The notes below the pieces were generated by a model. The model searched no databases. It saw nothing but the letters and a program-made list of their open reading frames with translations, and had not been told where the DNA came from. 36,582 nt of DNA, taken from Nitrospinales bacterium (GTDB lineage Bacteria > Nitrospinota > Nitrospinia > Nitrospinales > JAJDAT01). Shown in pieces: positions 8,011-17,143 of this stretch (its first letter is position 1; each line of letters starts with the position of its first letter). The stretch spans positions 1 through 36,582 of the forward strand of contig JBHHYO010000019.1 in the NCBI GenBank assembly GCA_046757665.1, given 5' to 3'. A program made the position numbers and the translations under genes.

Positions 8011-10128
8011 TCATTCCAGTTTCTCCTCTTTACCGAGGGTGCCGAGCATGTCGATGGGTTTTTTGGGTTTTAAAACCAGCGGCACTTTCCGCGACCCGCG
8101 GAAGTAGGTTTTTTCCCTCTCATAAATAAAAATTTCCGTGTAGGCCTGCGCCCAGGCGGTGGCGGTGTCCGGCGAAAACCGCTCCGCCATGACCCGGATA
8201 TCGCGGTTGCCGCGCGTTGTGCCGCGCTCGATGCTGTGGAATCCCTGTTCCAGGTCAAGCTCGATGGGCGAACCGGGGGTCAGCGTCGCCACCGCCTTGA
8301 TGCGCTCCAGCCCCGGCGGCCCCTGAACGTCAAACCTGAATCCGTAACCCGGACTGGGAATCTGGTACACGATCCCCGCCTCCACGAAATTGTCGCGCCG
8401 GTACTTGTTGGGAAAGATCACCGTTATATTGCCGTCGGCGCCGATGTCCAGCAGTGTCAGGTAACAATCCCGGTCCGATTTAATATTGAACGTGATGGTG
8501 TCGCCGATGCGGTAGTCGGTTTGATCGACCCAGACTTTCACGTTAAACGCGGGATGGGACGGCCGGGCAAAGATCAGTTGGTTCAGGTCGGCGTCGTAGC
8601 CGCCGGCGAACGGTTTGCCCTGCAATGCCGGGTTCTCCAGCGCGGCCAGGTCGCCGGGATAAATTTCGCTTCTGGCGATCCGCGCCCGCGCCGAGGACAG
8701 GATGTGCCCGGTCGCCGTTTCGGTCAACTGCGCCCGAAGTTCCAATCCCCGATTTTCCATGCGGTAGGAACCGGAGATGTAGAAATCCAGTCCGGCGCTT
8801 TTGGCAACGTCGCCGAGGGACTGGTTTTCTGCGGGCGGCGGGGCCTCCTTGACCGTCAGGTTTTCCGCCTGTACCAGGATGGTTTTGAAATCCTCCCGCA
8901 AAATCCTGCTGAAGGGCACGACCCGGTTCAACCGCAAGTCCCTGAACTCGACGATGCCGACGGTGGGACTGCCGCCGGGCGGGATGTTGCGGATAACCTG
9001 GTTGACCATGTCGGTGACGCCTCTTTTCCAGGCGAGGGTTTTCCCCGGGCCCCATTCCGGAGTTTTGACGGAAAAATGAAACACCGTCCTGGCGCCGCGC
9101 AGGGGAACCAGGAATTTTTCCGCCGGCCCGACCTGCAAGCGGGAAGCAATCTGGTCATAATCGAAACGGGCGGAAACCTGCTGGTTCTTTTTCTCCAGGT
9201 CGCGGATGTTGCGGACAGTGGTTTGCGCCGTGCCGTCGGCGGCGCTGGTCTTTTTCGCCTCCAACTCGCCGTCGCCCCGGTCGAACTGAAACACCACGGG
9301 AATGCCGTGGACCGGTTTTCCCTTGAAACTCACCCGGACGGCGAGAGGTTCGGGCAGTCCGCCGATGGACTGGACGACCTGCCCGTCGCCGGAGCCGACG
9401 GACAAGTCCAGGCTGTGCACGACCTCGTCGATACGGTCGGCAAAATCCCTGGCGCCGAGCGCACCACCGCCCGGAATTTCCGACGCCCGAATGATGACGC
9501 GCCGGGCGCTTTTCAGCGGCAGTAACGGCAAGGCGGCGCGGTAGCCGAAAAGATAATGAGACAACGCGCCCACCACCTCGCCCGCCGCCTCGTGTTCCCG
9601 ACCCTGGCGCATGATCTCCGGCAGACGCGATTCAATCCCGGCGATCCGGTCGCGTATCGCCGCCGCCGCAAGCTCGCGGCGCAAAACCGCAAACGAATAA
9701 TAAACTCTTTTCGCCGCGTCGTACCATCCGTCCTTGATCTCCACACCCTCGAGAATGGTATCGACCTGGGTCTCCACCACCAGGCGAAGCCGGGTGCTCT
9801 CCTCGGTGGATACGTCGCGCATTACCGAGCTGATTTTGACCTTCAAGGACTTGGCCAGTTCCGAGCGGGCGGACTCGTTGGCGGATACGGCGTTTTCTCC
9901 CGAAACCCCCACCCCGGTCAGATAGCGGCTTGCGGGAAAGCCGGGATGGCCCTTGCCGATGACCCAGGCAGGTGTTCTGGGAGGGAGCGGCTTCTCGGTG
10001 CGCACGGCCGGAGCAACGGGCGCCGGGCCTTTTTCGCGGGCCGCCCCGCTCCATCCCGCGCAACCGGACACCAAGCCAAGAATGACCAGGAAAACCGTGG
10101 GCCGAATCATTATTCTCATCGTATCCAT
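8011..10128 (-). CDS. Multidomain lipoprotein: LPP20 + Ig-like + FlgO/TolB-N-like + DUF4384
   Basis: Lipobox LVSGC; LPP20-like PAWV..RYLTGVG..ARSELAK; Ig-like GDGQ..LPEPLAVRV..GIPVVF..AADGTAQT; FlgO-like VGIVEF..ISGSY..TATGHILSSA; DUF4384-like VWVDQTDYRIGDTITF..CYLTLLDIGADGNITVIFPN. True start is an ATG at 10128, 10119 or 10110; the track start at 10203 lies inside the predicted promoter. Confidence 0.82.
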   Translation of the reverse strand: MDTMRIMIRPTVFLVILGLVSGCAGWSGAAREKGPAPVAPAVRTEKPLPPRTPAWVIGKGHPGFPASRYLTGVGVSGENAVSANESARSELAKSLKVKISSVMRDVSTEESTRLRLVVETQVDTILEGVEIKDGWYDAAKRVYYSFAVLRRELAAAAIRDRIAGIESRLPEIMRQGREHEAAGEVVGALSHYLFGYRAALPLLPLKSARRVIIRASEIPGGGALGARDFADRIDEVVHSLDLSVGSGDGQVVQSIGGLPEPLAVRVSFKGKPVHGIPVVFQFDRGDGELEAKKTSAADGTAQTTVRNIRDLEKKNQQVSARFDYDQIASRLQVGPAEKFLVPLRGARTVFHFSVKTPEWGPGKTLAWKRGVTDMVNQVIRNIPPGGSPTVGIVEFRDLRLNRVVPFSRILREDFKTILVQAENLTVKEAPPPAENQSLGDVAKSAGLDFYISGSYRMENRGLELRAQLTETATGHILSSARARIARSEIYPGDLAALENPALQGKPFAGGYDADLNQLIFARPSHPAFNVKVWVDQTDYRIGDTITFNIKSDRDCYLTLLDIGADGNITVIFPNKYRRDNFVEAGIVYQIPSPGYGFRFDVQGPPGLERIKAVATLTPGSPIELDLEQGFHSIERGTTRGNRDIRVMAERFSPDTATAWAQAYTEIFIYEREKTYFRGSRKVPLVLKPKKPIDMLGTLGKEEKLE

Positions 10129-10198
10129 CCCGGTGCCAGGGAATAAACGGAAACCGCAAAACCGTTTCCGGAACCACGAACGTCTGGAAAACGTTATG

Positions 10199-10215
10199 AG
10201 CAAAACCCGTGCCTA
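10199..10215 (-). promoter_or_regulatory. Sigma54 (-24/-12) promoter of the leftward lipoprotein/activator operon
   Basis: Minus strand TAGGCACGGGTTTTGCT has one mismatch to YTGGCACGNNNNTTGCW. Confidence 0.7.
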
Positions 10216-10329
10216 AGTCCGGTTCTCGAGTCAAAAACCACCGCCACCCCGGACCTTTTGGCTCCTGCCGGGCCCACGGGCCCCAATCGCGACAGACAAG
10301 GGCCGCCCGCCCGGAATCCGAACAGCCCC

Positions 10330-10375
10330 TTCCATGCATGGTTTGGCATTCAATACCATGCATCCATGCATGGAA
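10330..10375. promoter_or_regulatory. Nested palindromic cluster (3x CCATGCAT), candidate enhancer/UAS
   Basis: TTCCATGCATGG (10330-10341) and CCATGCATGGAA (10364-10375) are inverted copies. ATGCATGGT (10334-10342) also pairs with ACCATGCAT (10355-10363). Lies between two divergent sigma54-like promoters. Confidence 0.5.
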
Positions 10376-10522
10376 CCGGGCATGAATACCCGCGAACGAC
10401 ATCGCATCGACGCACCGAACAAGGAAAAGGTATGGCGGAACGCGGAAAATTTACCTATAATTTTTGTGTAACCGCTTTTAATCCCTATTCATCGGCATTT
10501 TCCCGGATTGTGACGACAGTTT

Positions 10523-10538
10523 TGGCATCCAAATTGTA
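10523..10538 (+). promoter_or_regulatory. Sigma54-like promoter of the rightward LPP20/trypsin operon
   Basis: TGGCATCCAAATTGTA: good -24 element and correct spacing, with TTGT instead of TTGC at -12. Confidence 0.5.
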
Positions 10539-10644
10539 TCAACAATAGTCAAGCGATCTCAAACAGAAAAGCAAACGGCGCCCGACGGACTGCCGCAACT
10601 TTGCTTACCGATTGAACTCACAAACTTTTTCGAGGAGAAATTCC

Positions 10645-11247
10645 ATGTCACAGCAGAAAAGCTTATGGGCCGTCGTGGGAGGGATTTTAATTGTATCGCT
10701 GTTCAGCGCTTGCGCCAGCACTCCCCCGCTTCCGCCCCAGCGAGCTACGTTAAAGGATGTCGAACCGCCCGATTGGGTTATGCGCGGCGGCGGGGCTTTC
10801 GAGGACTCCGACGGCAAGGCATTTTACGGCATCGGGTCGGCGGCCGGCATCAAAAATTATTCCCTGCAACGAGTCGCCGCGGACGACCGCGCCCGCAACG
10901 ACTTGGCCAAGGTGTTTGAGTTTTACACCAAATCCCTCACCAAGGATTACATGGCCAGCACCACGGCCGGCGATTTCGAAGCCAGTTCAGAAGAACAAAA
11001 CGTCGAGTCGGCCATCAAAACCATCACCTCCGCGACCCTCAACGGCGTCGTAATCATCGACCACTGGGAGCACCCGCGCCGGAACGAACTGTTTTCCCTG
11101 GCACGCCTGGACCTGGAAAAGTTCAAGCAAAATCTGGATCACTACAAGGAACTGTCGCAGGAAGTCCGGGACGCCGTTAAAAAGCGGGCGGACAAACTGC
11201 ACGAGGAACTGGAACGGGAAGTCCTGAAAAAGGAAGGGAAGATTTAA
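10645..11247 (+). CDS. LPP20-family lipoprotein
   Basis: ATG at 10645 after GAGGAG; lipobox FSAC; PPDWV..GKAFYGIGSA..AADDRARNDLAK..LNGVVIIDHW..LFSLARLD. Confidence 0.85.
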   Translation: MSQQKSLWAVVGGILIVSLFSACASTPPLPPQRATLKDVEPPDWVMRGGGAFEDSDGKAFYGIGSAAGIKNYSLQRVAADDRARNDLAKVFEFYTKSLTKDYMASTTAGDFEASSEEQNVESAIKTITSATLNGVVIIDHWEHPRRNELFSLARLDLEKFKQNLDHYKELSQEVRDAVKKRADKLHEELEREVLKKEGKI

Positions 11248-12233
11248 TGCGAATCCTGCCGTTCCTGGTTATTACCCTGTTGACCCATACCTCGCTGTCG
11301 GCGGCGGCGCTGGATTTCGACCCGAAACAGGTTTACCGGGAAACCGCTCCGGCCGTGGTGCTGATTGCCGCTTTCGATCCCCGGCAACCAAATCAGAGCC
11401 TGGGTACCGGCGCCATTATCCGCTCCGACGGGCTGGTGCTCACCAACGCCCATGTCATTTTCAGCGACAAGCTCGGCCGGCCTTACAGCAAGTTGCGGGT
11501 CTTTCTCAAACCGCGCCACATCACCGGCAACATCAAAAAAGACACCACACGCAAACACAAAGCCCGGCTACTCAATTATTCGACCTCGCTGGACCTGGCG
11601 CTACTGAAAATCCAGGGAGGAGCCTCTCCGTTTCCGCACCTGGAATTTGCCGACTCCAGCCGCATCGAAATCGGCGAACCGGTACTGGCCATCGGCCACC
11701 CGGAACAGGGAGGACTCTGGACCCTGACCACGGGGACGATCAGCAGTCAGATCGAAAATTTTCAGGAGATTGCCGGGAAGAACGTGTTCCAGACCGAAAC
11801 CAGCATCAACAAGGGAAACTCGGGCGGCCCCTTGATCGACCGGTACGGCGCCATGGTGGGCATCAATTCCAATATCGCCCGCGAGGGCAAAGGCGGGCTG
11901 GTCATCACCGACATCAATTTTTCCATCAAATCCAACGTTGCCCTGCGCTGGTTGGATTCCCTGGGTTATTCGTTCGTTCCCGCCGTTCCGGGAGCCTTTG
12001 CGGCGATGCCTTCCCTTCCGCAGGAGGCGGGCATCGTGCCCATGGAGGAGCCGCCGTCCGCCAAGCCACGCACCGCGGTCCCCGGCGAGCCGCGCATCCT
12101 GACCGACCGCCACCCCTACAAGGCGGAGGACCTGCGCCAACAGGTGGAAACGGAAATGGAAAACATGATGGAAGAAATGCGAGGCAAGATTCGGAGCGGC
12201 CGGCCGGCGGCAAAAACCCAAAAGACGAACTGA
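11247..12233 (+). CDS. Exported trypsin-like (S1C-like) serine protease without PDZ
   Basis: Signal peptide; catalytic triad motifs LTNAHV, DLALLK, INKGNSGGPL; TAATG overlap with the upstream gene. Confidence 0.92.
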   Translation: MRILPFLVITLLTHTSLSAAALDFDPKQVYRETAPAVVLIAAFDPRQPNQSLGTGAIIRSDGLVLTNAHVIFSDKLGRPYSKLRVFLKPRHITGNIKKDTTRKHKARLLNYSTSLDLALLKIQGGASPFPHLEFADSSRIEIGEPVLAIGHPEQGGLWTLTTGTISSQIENFQEIAGKNVFQTETSINKGNSGGPLIDRYGAMVGINSNIAREGKGGLVITDINFSIKSNVALRWLDSLGYSFVPAVPGAFAAMPSLPQEAGIVPMEEPPSAKPRTAVPGEPRILTDRHPYKAEDLRQQVETEMENMMEEMRGKIRSGRPAAKTQKTN

Positions 12234-12282
12234 ACGCCGCGTTTTCGGCAACCGGCGCTCAAACGGATAACGTCCACCGATT

Positions 12283-12798
12283 ATGATTCGACCGCTCACA
12301 ATTTTTTTGTCGCTCGTCCTGCTTCCGGCCGCCGTTTCCGCCGGCCAGGTCAAAGTGTACCTCGACAATTCCCGCACACGTTATATCATGATGGACAAGC
12401 AGGATTGCTCCGTGCATAAAAACAAGGACGGATACATCTCTTTCGGCTTTAAGGCCGGACTGCTGTTTTTCGGCGTGGGCCCGGAGGTTTCGTTCGGGAA
12501 AAAAAGCGGGATCGACTGGAACCAAACCACCCAGAACCTGATAGCCCGGTACCAGGAGCTGTGCTCCCGGTTCAATACCGGCAGTCTCACCAAGTCGGAA
12601 TACGACAGGCGTCTGGAGGAGATCGAAATGATGGACAAAAAAGTCTACGAACTGCGCATGGCGATCCGCCGGGAAAAAGCCAGACACAGGCAAGACCTGT
12701 TCGACGAACTGGACCGGGAAACAAACCGGCTGGAATCTTTAAGAAACTCCTTCGACGAAATCAATAAAAAGCTTGGCACTTCTCCCTTCAAAAAATGA
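12283..12798 (+). CDS. Hypothetical exported protein with C-terminal coiled coil
   Basis: Signal peptide ending AVSA; two cysteines; charged helical C-terminus; co-oriented 49 nt after the protease. Confidence 0.75.
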   Translation: MIRPLTIFLSLVLLPAAVSAGQVKVYLDNSRTRYIMMDKQDCSVHKNKDGYISFGFKAGLLFFGVGPEVSFGKKSGIDWNQTTQNLIARYQELCSRFNTGSLTKSEYDRRLEEIEMMDKKVYELRMAIRREKARHRQDLFDELDRETNRLESLRNSFDEINKKLGTSPFKK

Positions 12799-12834
12799 CC
12801 GGCCGGTTTGCCAGCCCCTTTCCGCGCAGAGCCG

Positions 12835-13755
12835 ATGCCGTCTGACATAAAAACCGCTTACCTGGCGGCGAAAGGATTTGAAGATCATCTCGTCCGCGAA
12901 CTCGAGGGCGTTCGGGAAGTTCGCGGGCGGCTGGTTCTGACGGACCAACCGGTGAGGCGGGTTTTCTGGGCGCAAAACATCTGGCTCAACCCCGTCGGCA
13001 TTCCAATCCAATCCATTGCCGACGGCGTCCGCAAGCTTAAGGCGATCCAGCGGAACTGGCGCCTTTACTCCACCCGCCTGCACCGCCGGGCGAGCCTGAT
13101 ACAGGATCAATTGCCGCACGTTTCGGCCAGGCCCATGCGCTTCCCGTGCCCTCCGCCAAAGGCGCCGCTGGGGTCGTGGACCTTGTGGGACGCTGACACG
13201 ATTTTGGCTTCCGCCCGCTGTTCGAGTCCCTTTCCGAACGGCGAGGCGGCGTTCGTGGAGGACCGGGACGGCCCGCCCAACCGGGCCTACTTAAAGCTCT
13301 GGGAGGCGTTGACCCGTATCGGCGACTTTCCCCGCCGCGGCGAGTTCTGCATTGACGCGGGAGCCGCTCCCGGCGGCTGGACCTGGGCGATCCACAAGCT
13401 CGGCGCGCGGGTCTTGTGCGTCGACCGCTCCCCACTGCATCCCAAAATCGCCGCTCTGCCGGGCGTGGAATTCCAGAAACGCGACGCATTTTCCCTGAAA
13501 CCCGATGAGTTCAAAAACACAGGCCAGGGCATCGACTGGCTGTTCAGCGACGTCATCTGCTATCCGGAAAAACTTTACGACTGGATTTCGCTCTGGCTCG
13601 ATTCCGGGATATGCAAAAACATCGTCTGTACTTTAAAATTTCAGGGAGATTACGATCGCGGGATCGCCGACCGGTTTGCGTCAATCCCCGGTAGCTGGCT
13701 GATCCACCTCTACCACAACAAACACGAGTTGACCTGGCTCTTCCGCAACCGCTGA
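12835..13755 (+). CDS. RlmM/FtsJ-like SAM-dependent RNA 2'-O-methyltransferase
   Basis: PPNRAYLKLWEAL, CIDAGAAPGGWT, WLFSDV, CTLKF, LYHNKHELT. ATG at 12835 preferred over the track start at 12808. Confidence 0.85.
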   Translation: MPSDIKTAYLAAKGFEDHLVRELEGVREVRGRLVLTDQPVRRVFWAQNIWLNPVGIPIQSIADGVRKLKAIQRNWRLYSTRLHRRASLIQDQLPHVSARPMRFPCPPPKAPLGSWTLWDADTILASARCSSPFPNGEAAFVEDRDGPPNRAYLKLWEALTRIGDFPRRGEFCIDAGAAPGGWTWAIHKLGARVLCVDRSPLHPKIAALPGVEFQKRDAFSLKPDEFKNTGQGIDWLFSDVICYPEKLYDWISLWLDSGICKNIVCTLKFQGDYDRGIADRFASIPGSWLIHLYHNKHELTWLFRNR

Positions 13756-13762
13756 CTTCTGA

Positions 13763-15622
13763 CTACTTGCGCAAAAACCTTTTCAGAATATCTTCCATGT
13801 CGATGAAGAGCGCGATGGGCCGGCCATGGGGGCAGGTATAGGGCATCTCGGTGCGTTGCAGGTCGAACAGGAGTTTGCGGATTTGGTCCTTGTCAAGGGG
13901 ATGATTTACCTTGATGGCATTGCGGCACGACATCATGACGATGATCTCTTCGTATTTTTCATCAACCGTTTCGACCTTGCCGGCGCCTTGCAGTTCTTCC
14001 ACAATATCGCGGAGCAATTCGGCGTGTTCATCGTTCTTCAGGATGGCCGGAACGGAGCGCAACAGAAAGCCGTTGTCGCCGAAGGGTTCCAGCTCCAGGC
14101 CAAGCCCGGCAAGCAGTGGCAAATGATCGGCAATCAATTGCGCTTCACTGGGCGAAAATTGCGCCGCCAGGGGAAACAACAATTGCTGAACCTCCACGCT
14201 CCTGTTGCGCGCGGCGAGGCGAAACCGCTCGTAAAGAATGCGCTCGTGGGCGATGTGCTGATCAACGATCACGATGCCTTTACTGCCTTGCAGGACGATG
14301 AATGAATTGTCCAACTGGCCGATCGGCTCGAACTCCGAATAAATCAGGCTTGAGACCGGCGTGAGTTTTTTATCGAAACCGGCAAAATGGTGGTTCGCAT
14401 CGGCTTGCGCGGCCAGGGCGCCGTCCGCTTTTTGATAAAACAAATCCGCCGCCTGCTTTCCAGAGATGCCTGGGGGGGATGAAACGGGCGGCGCGGTATA
14501 ACCCGCGCCCCGTGGCGAGGCCGGGGAAACCGATGGCGGACCGGACGGCGACGGCGCGGCCTTTCCTGCCGGCGCGGACTCCGGCGCGGACACAACACGC
14601 GACGACTCATTTTTGCTCAGGGCAGAGCGGATCGCCCCGCTGACAAACTGATGCACTTCCTGCTGAAAGGCAAACCGCACCTCCGCCTTGCAGGGATGAA
14701 CGTTGACATCCACCAGGCCGGGGTCCATGGACAAAAACAAAAACAGTACCGGATACTGCCCCTTGGGCAAAAGATGGCCATAGCCCGACTGCGTGGCGTG
14801 CAGGATCACCTTGTCACGGATGAACCGCCGGTTGACGTAAAAATATTGCGCCGAGCGGTTGGAGCGGGTGTAAACGGGATTGGAGACGTAGCCTTCCAGC
14901 CGGTACCGTCCGTTGTCCTCTTCGACGCGCACCAGTTCCTTGGCAAGTTCCGTCCCGAAGAGTTCCGCGACGCGGTACAACCCCTGCTCCGCCGGCAGGG
15001 TTTTAAAAACCTTGCGGCCGTTATGGGTCAGCGTAAAATGAATGTGCGGATTCGCCAGTGCCTGCTGGGTGGCCGCCTGGGTGATGTGCGAGGATTCGGT
15101 GGTGTCGCCTTTCAAAAATTTTTTCCGCACCGGGGTGTTGAAAAAGATCTGGCGCACTTCCACGGTCGTGCCTCTTGGCCGCGCCGTTTCCCTGGCCTCG
15201 CGGACCACCCCGCCGTCCACCAGCACCTCCGATCCCGCTTGCCCTTCATCCCGCGCCGTGGTAAGCCGCACCTTGGCGATGGAAGCGATGCTGGGCAGGG
15301 CCTCGCCGCGAAACCCCAGGGTGCGGATCGACGCCAGGTCATCGGCCTGGCTGATCTTGCTGGTCGCGTGTCTCTGAAAAGCCAGCCGTGCATCTTCCGG
15401 AAACATACCGCATCCGTTATCGGTCACGCGGATGAGCTGTTTGCCGGCGGACTCGATTTCGATGCCGATTTGCGTGGCGCCGGCGTCGATGGCATTCTCC
15501 AAAAGTTCCTTGACGACGGAGGCGGGCCGTTCGATCACCTCGCCGGCGGCGATTTTGTTGGCCATGTCCTGGGGAAGAACCCGGATGCGCGAATCGTTCA
15601 TTTCGGTCGATAAAGAAGGCAT
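13763..15622 (-). CDS. mutL: DNA mismatch repair endonuclease MutL
   Basis: NKIAAGEVIERPASVVKELLENAIDAGA, TLGFRGEALPSI, VDVNVHP, endonuclease motif DQHIAHERILYE, CPHGRP. Start may be 15601. Confidence 0.98.
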   Translation of the reverse strand: MPSLSTEMNDSRIRVLPQDMANKIAAGEVIERPASVVKELLENAIDAGATQIGIEIESAGKQLIRVTDNGCGMFPEDARLAFQRHATSKISQADDLASIRTLGFRGEALPSIASIAKVRLTTARDEGQAGSEVLVDGGVVREARETARPRGTTVEVRQIFFNTPVRKKFLKGDTTESSHITQAATQQALANPHIHFTLTHNGRKVFKTLPAEQGLYRVAELFGTELAKELVRVEEDNGRYRLEGYVSNPVYTRSNRSAQYFYVNRRFIRDKVILHATQSGYGHLLPKGQYPVLFLFLSMDPGLVDVNVHPCKAEVRFAFQQEVHQFVSGAIRSALSKNESSRVVSAPESAPAGKAAPSPSGPPSVSPASPRGAGYTAPPVSSPPGISGKQAADLFYQKADGALAAQADANHHFAGFDKKLTPVSSLIYSEFEPIGQLDNSFIVLQGSKGIVIVDQHIAHERILYERFRLAARNRSVEVQQLLFPLAAQFSPSEAQLIADHLPLLAGLGLELEPFGDNGFLLRSVPAILKNDEHAELLRDIVEELQGAGKVETVDEKYEEIIVMMSCRNAIKVNHPLDKDQIRKLLFDLQRTEMPYTCPHGRPIALFIDMEDILKRFLRK

Positions 15623-15733
15623 GATGAATTATTTCGTCGGATCCGCCCGCCGGTGTGCCGCGGGCGGCCAAATCAAATTTCGATTATAACAGGATGATGG
15701 TACGATAAAACGAACAGATTTCAAACGGGGCCG

Positions 15734-17143
15734 TTGATGAACAATTTTTTCGACAAAAATATCGCCGTTTTAAAGTCCCGCAACCCGGAGATAGAGCCGC
15801 TGGAGAACCGTTTGGCGGAAACCCTGTCCGTGCGGGAAACCCCGGCTGGAGCGGTCACCGCCCAATACGGCGGGCTGTCGATTCACAGTTCCCGCGACCC
15901 CGTCAAGGAGGGCCTGGCGTTTGCCAAAAGCGTCAAGCCCGGTAGCCGGGTTTTTTTGTACGGCTTCGGCCTGGGTTATCACGTCGAACCGATTCTGGAA
16001 CGCATCGGCGATGCGGGCTCCCTGCTGGTGGTTGAGTTGAATCCGGAAATCCTCGCCGCCGCCATGATCCTGCGCGACCAGACCGGTGTGTTGTCGCATC
16101 CGCGGTTGCATTTGATTTTCGGGCGGGAGGAATCGCGGGTCGCCGCCGAAATCTCCCGGCACATGAAGCACTTCCGGGAAACAGCCGGCGGACCGGAGTT
16201 GCAGGTGCTGTTTCATTCGCCGTCGTTCCAGTGTATCCCGAAACAGTTTGAGCGCCTGACCAACGCCCTGGAGGTTCTGTTAATCGAGCGCCGGGCGCCC
16301 GCCGTCCTCGGGGACCTGGAGGACCGGAACTATTCGCTTAACAAGGATATCGTCAGCCGAAGTCCGGGGATCAAAACACTGCGCGGCAAACACCGGGGAC
16401 GGCCCGCCGTTCTCATCGGCGCCGGGCCGTCGTTCGACAATGCCCTGCCCTACCTGGAAAAAATCCGCGACGGCGCCCTGCTGGCCTGCGTGGATACGGC
16501 CCTGCCGGTGTTGTTGCGGCGGAATATTTTTCCCGACTACATTTTTTCCCTCGACCCGCAGGACGAAAGCTTCGAGCATTTCGTGGACTACCTCGAAACA
16601 CCCCTGAAACTGGTTTACACCCCCACCGCCAATTGCAAAATCGTCCGCCACTGCCGGGGAGAAAAATTCGTGGTCTTCAAGGAAAACCATTCCCTGTTCG
16701 CCGACCACGACCCGCTCATGCGGGAAAAGGGAACCACCCGCGCCGGCGGGTCGGTATCCTGCCTCGGCCTCGACTGCCTGATCCAACTGGGTTGCAACCC
16801 GATCATTCTGGTCGGCCAGGATTGCGCGTTTTCCGGCAACCGGACGTACTCCCGCGACACGGTCGGCGACGAACAGTTTCTGCAAATCGTCAACACATCG
16901 AACACCGTCGCCACCGTGCATCAGGAAAAGGCGCGGGAGAAAAAACGCATCCGTGTCAAGGGCTACAACGGCTCGCAACTGGTCACCAATCAGGTGCTGT
17001 ACAGTTACCTGCGCAACATCGAACAAATCGCCGAGGTTTCCCCGGAAACCCGGTTGTATAATCTGTTTCCCCACGGAGCGCGGATCGAACACGTGGCGCC
17101 CCTGGGATCCATAAACGAAATGTTGAAACTGTTGAGCCGCTGA
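15734..17143 (+). CDS. Maf/MptE-like (DUF115, motility associated factor) family protein
   Basis: IHSSRDPVKE, LYGFGLGYH, AVLIGAGPSF, CVDTAL, PDYIFSLDP, GGSVS, GCNPIILVGQDCAF. Confidence 0.85.
   Translation: MMNNFFDKNIAVLKSRNPEIEPLENRLAETLSVRETPAGAVTAQYGGLSIHSSRDPVKEGLAFAKSVKPGSRVFLYGFGLGYHVEPILERIGDAGSLLVVELNPEILAAAMILRDQTGVLSHPRLHLIFGREESRVAAEISRHMKHFRETAGGPELQVLFHSPSFQCIPKQFERLTNALEVLLIERRAPAVLGDLEDRNYSLNKDIVSRSPGIKTLRGKHRGRPAVLIGAGPSFDNALPYLEKIRDGALLACVDTALPVLLRRNIFPDYIFSLDPQDESFEHFVDYLETPLKLVYTPTANCKIVRHCRGEKFVVFKENHSLFADHDPLMREKGTTRAGGSVSCLGLDCLIQLGCNPIILVGQDCAFSGNRTYSRDTVGDEQFLQIVNTSNTVATVHQEKAREKKRIRVKGYNGSQLVTNQVLYSYLRNIEQIAEVSPETRLYNLFPHGARIEHVAPLGSINEMLKLLSR

Noticed and set aside
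8236-9525. 429-aa plus-strand ORF
   Set aside because: Antisense shadow of the multidomain lipoprotein.
10129-10203. N-terminal extension given by the ORF track for the lipoprotein
   Set aside because: The TTG at 10203 falls within the -12 element of the predicted sigma54 promoter, and the signal peptide begins further downstream.
14651-15613. 320-aa plus-strand ORF
   Set aside because: Antisense shadow of mutL.
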